Source: Isurus oxyrinchus (Eukaryota). From it: DNA of 64,000 bases. The notes under the pieces were generated by a model. It was not told the origin of the DNA. It was given only the letters and a program-made list of their open reading frames with translations, and did no database searches. Location of the stretch: positions 1,364,001-1,428,000 of the forward strand of contig JANJGN010000041.1 of NCBI GenBank assembly GCA_026770705.1. Reading direction: 5' to 3'. Both the position numbers and the translations under genes were made by a program. Positions within the stretch are counted from its first letter, which is position 1. Each line of letters starts with the position of its first letter. Positions 60,051 to 64,000 of this stretch are shown here, one piece after another.

Positions 60051-61639
60051 AAGTGTGTGGTTCGGATTTTTTTAATGCCCTGTTAACATATCGGTAAACG
60101 TTCAATGATGGAGTTATTTTTAATCTCAAATCGCGAAGTACCTCCTCCCCTTCGAGAGGAAAGAGGAAAGAAGAAGAGATTCGTTTTCTTCTGCAACTGG
60201 GATCAGTTCTGTAAAGCCGGCATATTTAATGCTACATGGGTTGAACTGAGGGCCACTATCATCGGTAGTAATAGGTGTTTTGGCGGTGACGGTGCGGCAT
60301 GGGAATAGGGACACATGTACAAGCTAATTCGCTTTGCTGTGAGGCGGGCTTCATGACCCTCTGCTGTAGCCAATGTGAAAGCTTGAACTTAAGCGCCAGC
60401 TGAGAACTCATTTAGACTCAGGCGCCATCTTGGTAATAGGTTTTTTTCCAGATCCTCAAAATGACATAATCTAAAAATAGCGAGTGTTTGTGCGGCTGGG
60501 CGATATTGGACGCCTTGTAGAATTTTAATAGAGGATATTAGTGGAGGCTGGGTAAATCAACCTTAACTAAAATGCTATTAATTGTTGTTTATTTAAAGTT
60601 CCTGATCTGAAGTGATGGGCTTGTATTTGGAAATTGTTTTAATGTTTATGGGAGAAAATTAGGGTGATGGTGTTCAGCGTACATCAGACAGCTGTTAGTT
60701 GAACGGATGGACATGCTCGAAGTGCGAAATAGATACGACTTGTTCCAATCCATATCGATATTAGGTAGCTCCTGTGAAATATGTTCACCTCCATTATGCT
60801 CAGTTCCAATAAAGAAGATGTGTGCTCCAGTTATCTCATTGTGTCTCTGAGGTGCTCAAGAGAGTATTTGGAAATCTTTGTTTTTGGTACTTGCATTTCT
60901 GGTGCTCTATCAGCACAGATGCTGTTTATTAGAACAGAGCAAGTATTATGTATTTACTAATAACATGCACGCAATGAAGATTGTCTCCACTTTCAGCATG
61001 ATAAAGACGGAGTCACCCAAGCTAGGTACTTGTTAATCAACAGAGAGAACGATCTGTGTAATGATTGAACTGGTGAAAGTTTAAAATAATTGTTAACGAA
61101 ATATAAGTTAAGAGCCAATCTGCAGAGAATAGGGTCTTTTAGCCCATTGAGCACCTCCTGGATCTTTGAAATTGCTGCTGAATACTCCCCACTCGATCTC
61201 TCCACATTCTCCATTGCTCTGCCATCACTCTTTTTTTAGTTGAATTACCTCCACAACGCCTCATTTGTGATTCAACATTGCACCTTCCTCCATTACCCTT
61301 TCAGGAATCACCTTACAGGTCACATGGACAGATTGTGTATAGATAATTTTTCCGCAGCTCCCATCGGGTTATCTGCCATTTACCTTCAATCTGTTTCACC
61401 CGATCTTCCAAAATCCCACACTGATTGCCACTATTGAAAGAAATGTCGATTTCTCCCTTGGGGCAGATATTGTTCATTTGACCAGCATCAGCAAAACAGA
61501 TTACCTGATTATTAATTTTGTTGCTTGAAGGATTAATGACAGTAAGTCATTGTATCTTCAGAGCTCAGGGGCAGTCCAAGGACTGGAATGGTCCAAAGGA
61601 ATTTACGCAGTTCACATGCTAATTTTCTGAATTTTGCGT

Positions 61640-61940
61640 CATCTCTGTCTCTCTTTCTATTTCTCACTCTCTTTCTGTCGCTATCCTTTGCTTTCCCTAT
61701 GCCCTTCTAGCTCAGCCTCTCTGCCTTTCTGCTCCTCTCTCTCTCACATTCTCGATCTGCATCTTCCTCGCTGCGCTCTCTCCCTCCCCCTTCACTCACT
61801 CTCTATTTCTCTTTCATTCGATGATTCTATTTTACTATGTCTCGCTCCTTGTATGTTCCACCGTTTTTTTTCTTTCTCGTTGCTCCATCTTATTCTCCAG
61901 CTTCCTTTCACGCTGTATCTCAGTGTCTCTCTGTCCCTTT
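61640..61940 (+). repeat. Degenerate (CT)n low-complexity tract
   Basis: Direct observation. Confidence 0.8.
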
Positions 61941-62084
61941 ATTATCACGTGGACCGGATAGGTAAATATTTCTAATTTTAACAGGTTTTGTGTTTGTTAA
62001 ATATTTGCCTCCAAACGGGACTGAGCTGTCACAAGTAGCTATCCTCCCTGGCACCGTTCAATATGGTCCGGGGAATGAGCTGCC

Positions 62085-62130
62085 CCTGAGTATAAAGGAG
62101 CAGCTCACTCACACTCTGAGGGGGCAAAGC
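62085..62130 (+). promoter_or_regulatory. Candidate TATA-box core promoter
   Basis: gagTATAAAggag at 62093 in GC-richer context, with pyrimidine-A initiator-like 'cactc' 20-30 nt downstream; no transcript evidence. Confidence 0.25.
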
Positions 62131-64000
62131 ACAAACTACCAGTGCTGACTATCATGTTCAATCATTTTAATTATTCAATTACATATGGACGTTCTCTGAG
62201 TCGAATAATTATAAGCAGATGAATATACGAACTCAAAAATGTGATAATTTTAACGAGGCTATGAACGCTTTTTTCATTCAGGGGTCGGGAGTGACGCTGC
62301 ATCTGCCATCAGATTTTATTGTCCAGCACTATTTACCATTGAGAGTCTGTTGGTCAGCCTCCGTCCTGACCACTGCAATCCATATTATTTGCGTACAACG
62401 AACGTGCTGATCAGGAATTTGTATTCAAGGACCTGAAAATTGTCCCTGGTGTTCAGCATCAGAAACTGTTTTATTCATCGGGTCCCATTCTCTTTAACTA
62501 GGCCCAGTGAGTTATTCACAATTTTATGACTTCACGCAGAGATGCAGCCTCCTCAACCCCTCTATGTACACATGTCGCTATGTACACTTCCCTCCACCAG
62601 CACAGCGCCCCCATATACCCCAATTTTCTTACGCACACTGGTGCCTCATGTCCTACCGACACTGTTCCCCATTTCCTTTCCAAACTGCACCTCTTTTCAT
62701 TTCCTCTTCCCAGACCCTCGACCGAAATGATCTCTCACTGCTTCAGGTTGCATGGGCTAGGTGGACCGAATGGCCTGTTGTGACGAAATCACTACGAATA
62801 TCCCTATTACAATGTACTCCAGTGGTGGGCATTGGCTGGAGACTAAAGTCAACTCATTTTTAAAGGAGAGGGTAAGATGTTGAAGTTGTCCAAAATGCAC
62901 TGTGTCTACAATTCTTTGCATGTTGACCAGCTGAGCTTTGGTTACCATGGATATTTGGAGCACTTTGCCAATTTGTTAAAAATTTGCTTGTAACACGGAT
63001 CTGACCAGTTTAGGCAGTTGCCATCCTGTCTGACTGTATTGAACAAGTTGTGAAGATCTGGAATTAATGACAAACCCCAGGATGATATCTAGCTGCTCAC
63101 TGCCAGTGTGTGTTGTCAATACACAGACCACCCACTCTTGAGTCTCCTAATTTTGCTCGTCGCAATCGAGACACACGGCGGGCTGGTGCTATGCTAACTT
63201 TGACCAATGGACGACAGGCGGCTCAGGTACAAGTAACGATCATTTATTCGAGCAATTGCAAGGACAGAAGCATCTCAAGGCATCATTGAATAACATACAG
63301 TCAAACTGCAATCATGCAGCGTATTTTATACATTGCTGATGCCGTACAAGAACAATATTGAAATCCCCTTCTTGTCAGAATATGTGTTATGTCATACATG
63401 CTCTTTAACACCGGCAGACAACTCATCCCTAACCTGGCTGGGACCAACTTTCATTTCCTTTTTGGTTGAAATGATCACTTCATCTATGTTATTGTCATCT
63501 CCTGCCTCCAATCAGAATCCCAAGACCTGACTGCTTTTTGCAGGCTCTAAGGCTTTGCAATGTTCATCTGCTAACTTTAACTGTTAATGTGCTAGATAGC
63601 ACCGGCTGCATGAAGTATTTAAATAATGATTCAATTTCAGCACATTCTTCCTGTATGACCACTAAGAATGACCAATTTTGGCCCTTTGCCTAGCCCGGAT
63701 TCGCCAAATACAGGTGTACAGTCCGTTCCTTGTTGTACCAACAGACATTGATACTGGCCAGTTATACAGCTTTGCATTTAAAACTGCCATGGTCAGCTCG
63801 GCTGTATCATCTTGTCCTTCATTTGAGGCCTCAGAATTGTTAGACTTCTTCTCCCCCTTTTACATGCCTCCAGCTCCTCTTCTGTGACGCTCAGTCATGA
63901 TGAATCAGGTAGGTGAAACATATAACAGTTATCAGCTGGATCAGAACCAGGGCATGGGAAATAATCCGAATCCACGGTTGCATTTGTACATTGGAGCCTC

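Overview
Repeat-dense, AT-rich, non-bacterial DNA with no intact protein-coding gene that I can support. The repeat repertoire (CR1 LINEs, GIY-YIG Penelope-like elements with 'aaaactcagcaggtctggcagcatc' tails, Deu-type SINEs, a Gmr1-like LTR element) points to a cartilaginous fish (shark), which is inference. Main content: (1) a ~2 kb-period tandem array carrying four decayed tRNA-Asp genes (4.8-13.8 kb); (2) Penelope insertions, two of which are fold-back (tail-to-tail inverted) structures with 14-15 bp target-site duplications and minimal hammerhead-ribozyme motifs bearing a non-canonical CUGU(C/U)GA core; (3) a ~9 kb 55-57 bp satellite that appears to be a dimer of a 27-28 bp monomer, with layered subfamilies (14.5-23.6 kb); (4) two 51-bp minisatellites amplified from one CR1 coding motif, each downstream of a duplicated exon-like segment; (5) a decayed Gypsy element with integrase upstream of RT (Gmr1 order) and a nested LTR-like insert (42.7-48.1 kb); (6) many CR1/SINE fragments and an old duplication (53.5-54.5 vs 62.5-63.5 kb). 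All alignments were made by eye and boundaries are approximate unless motifs are quoted.
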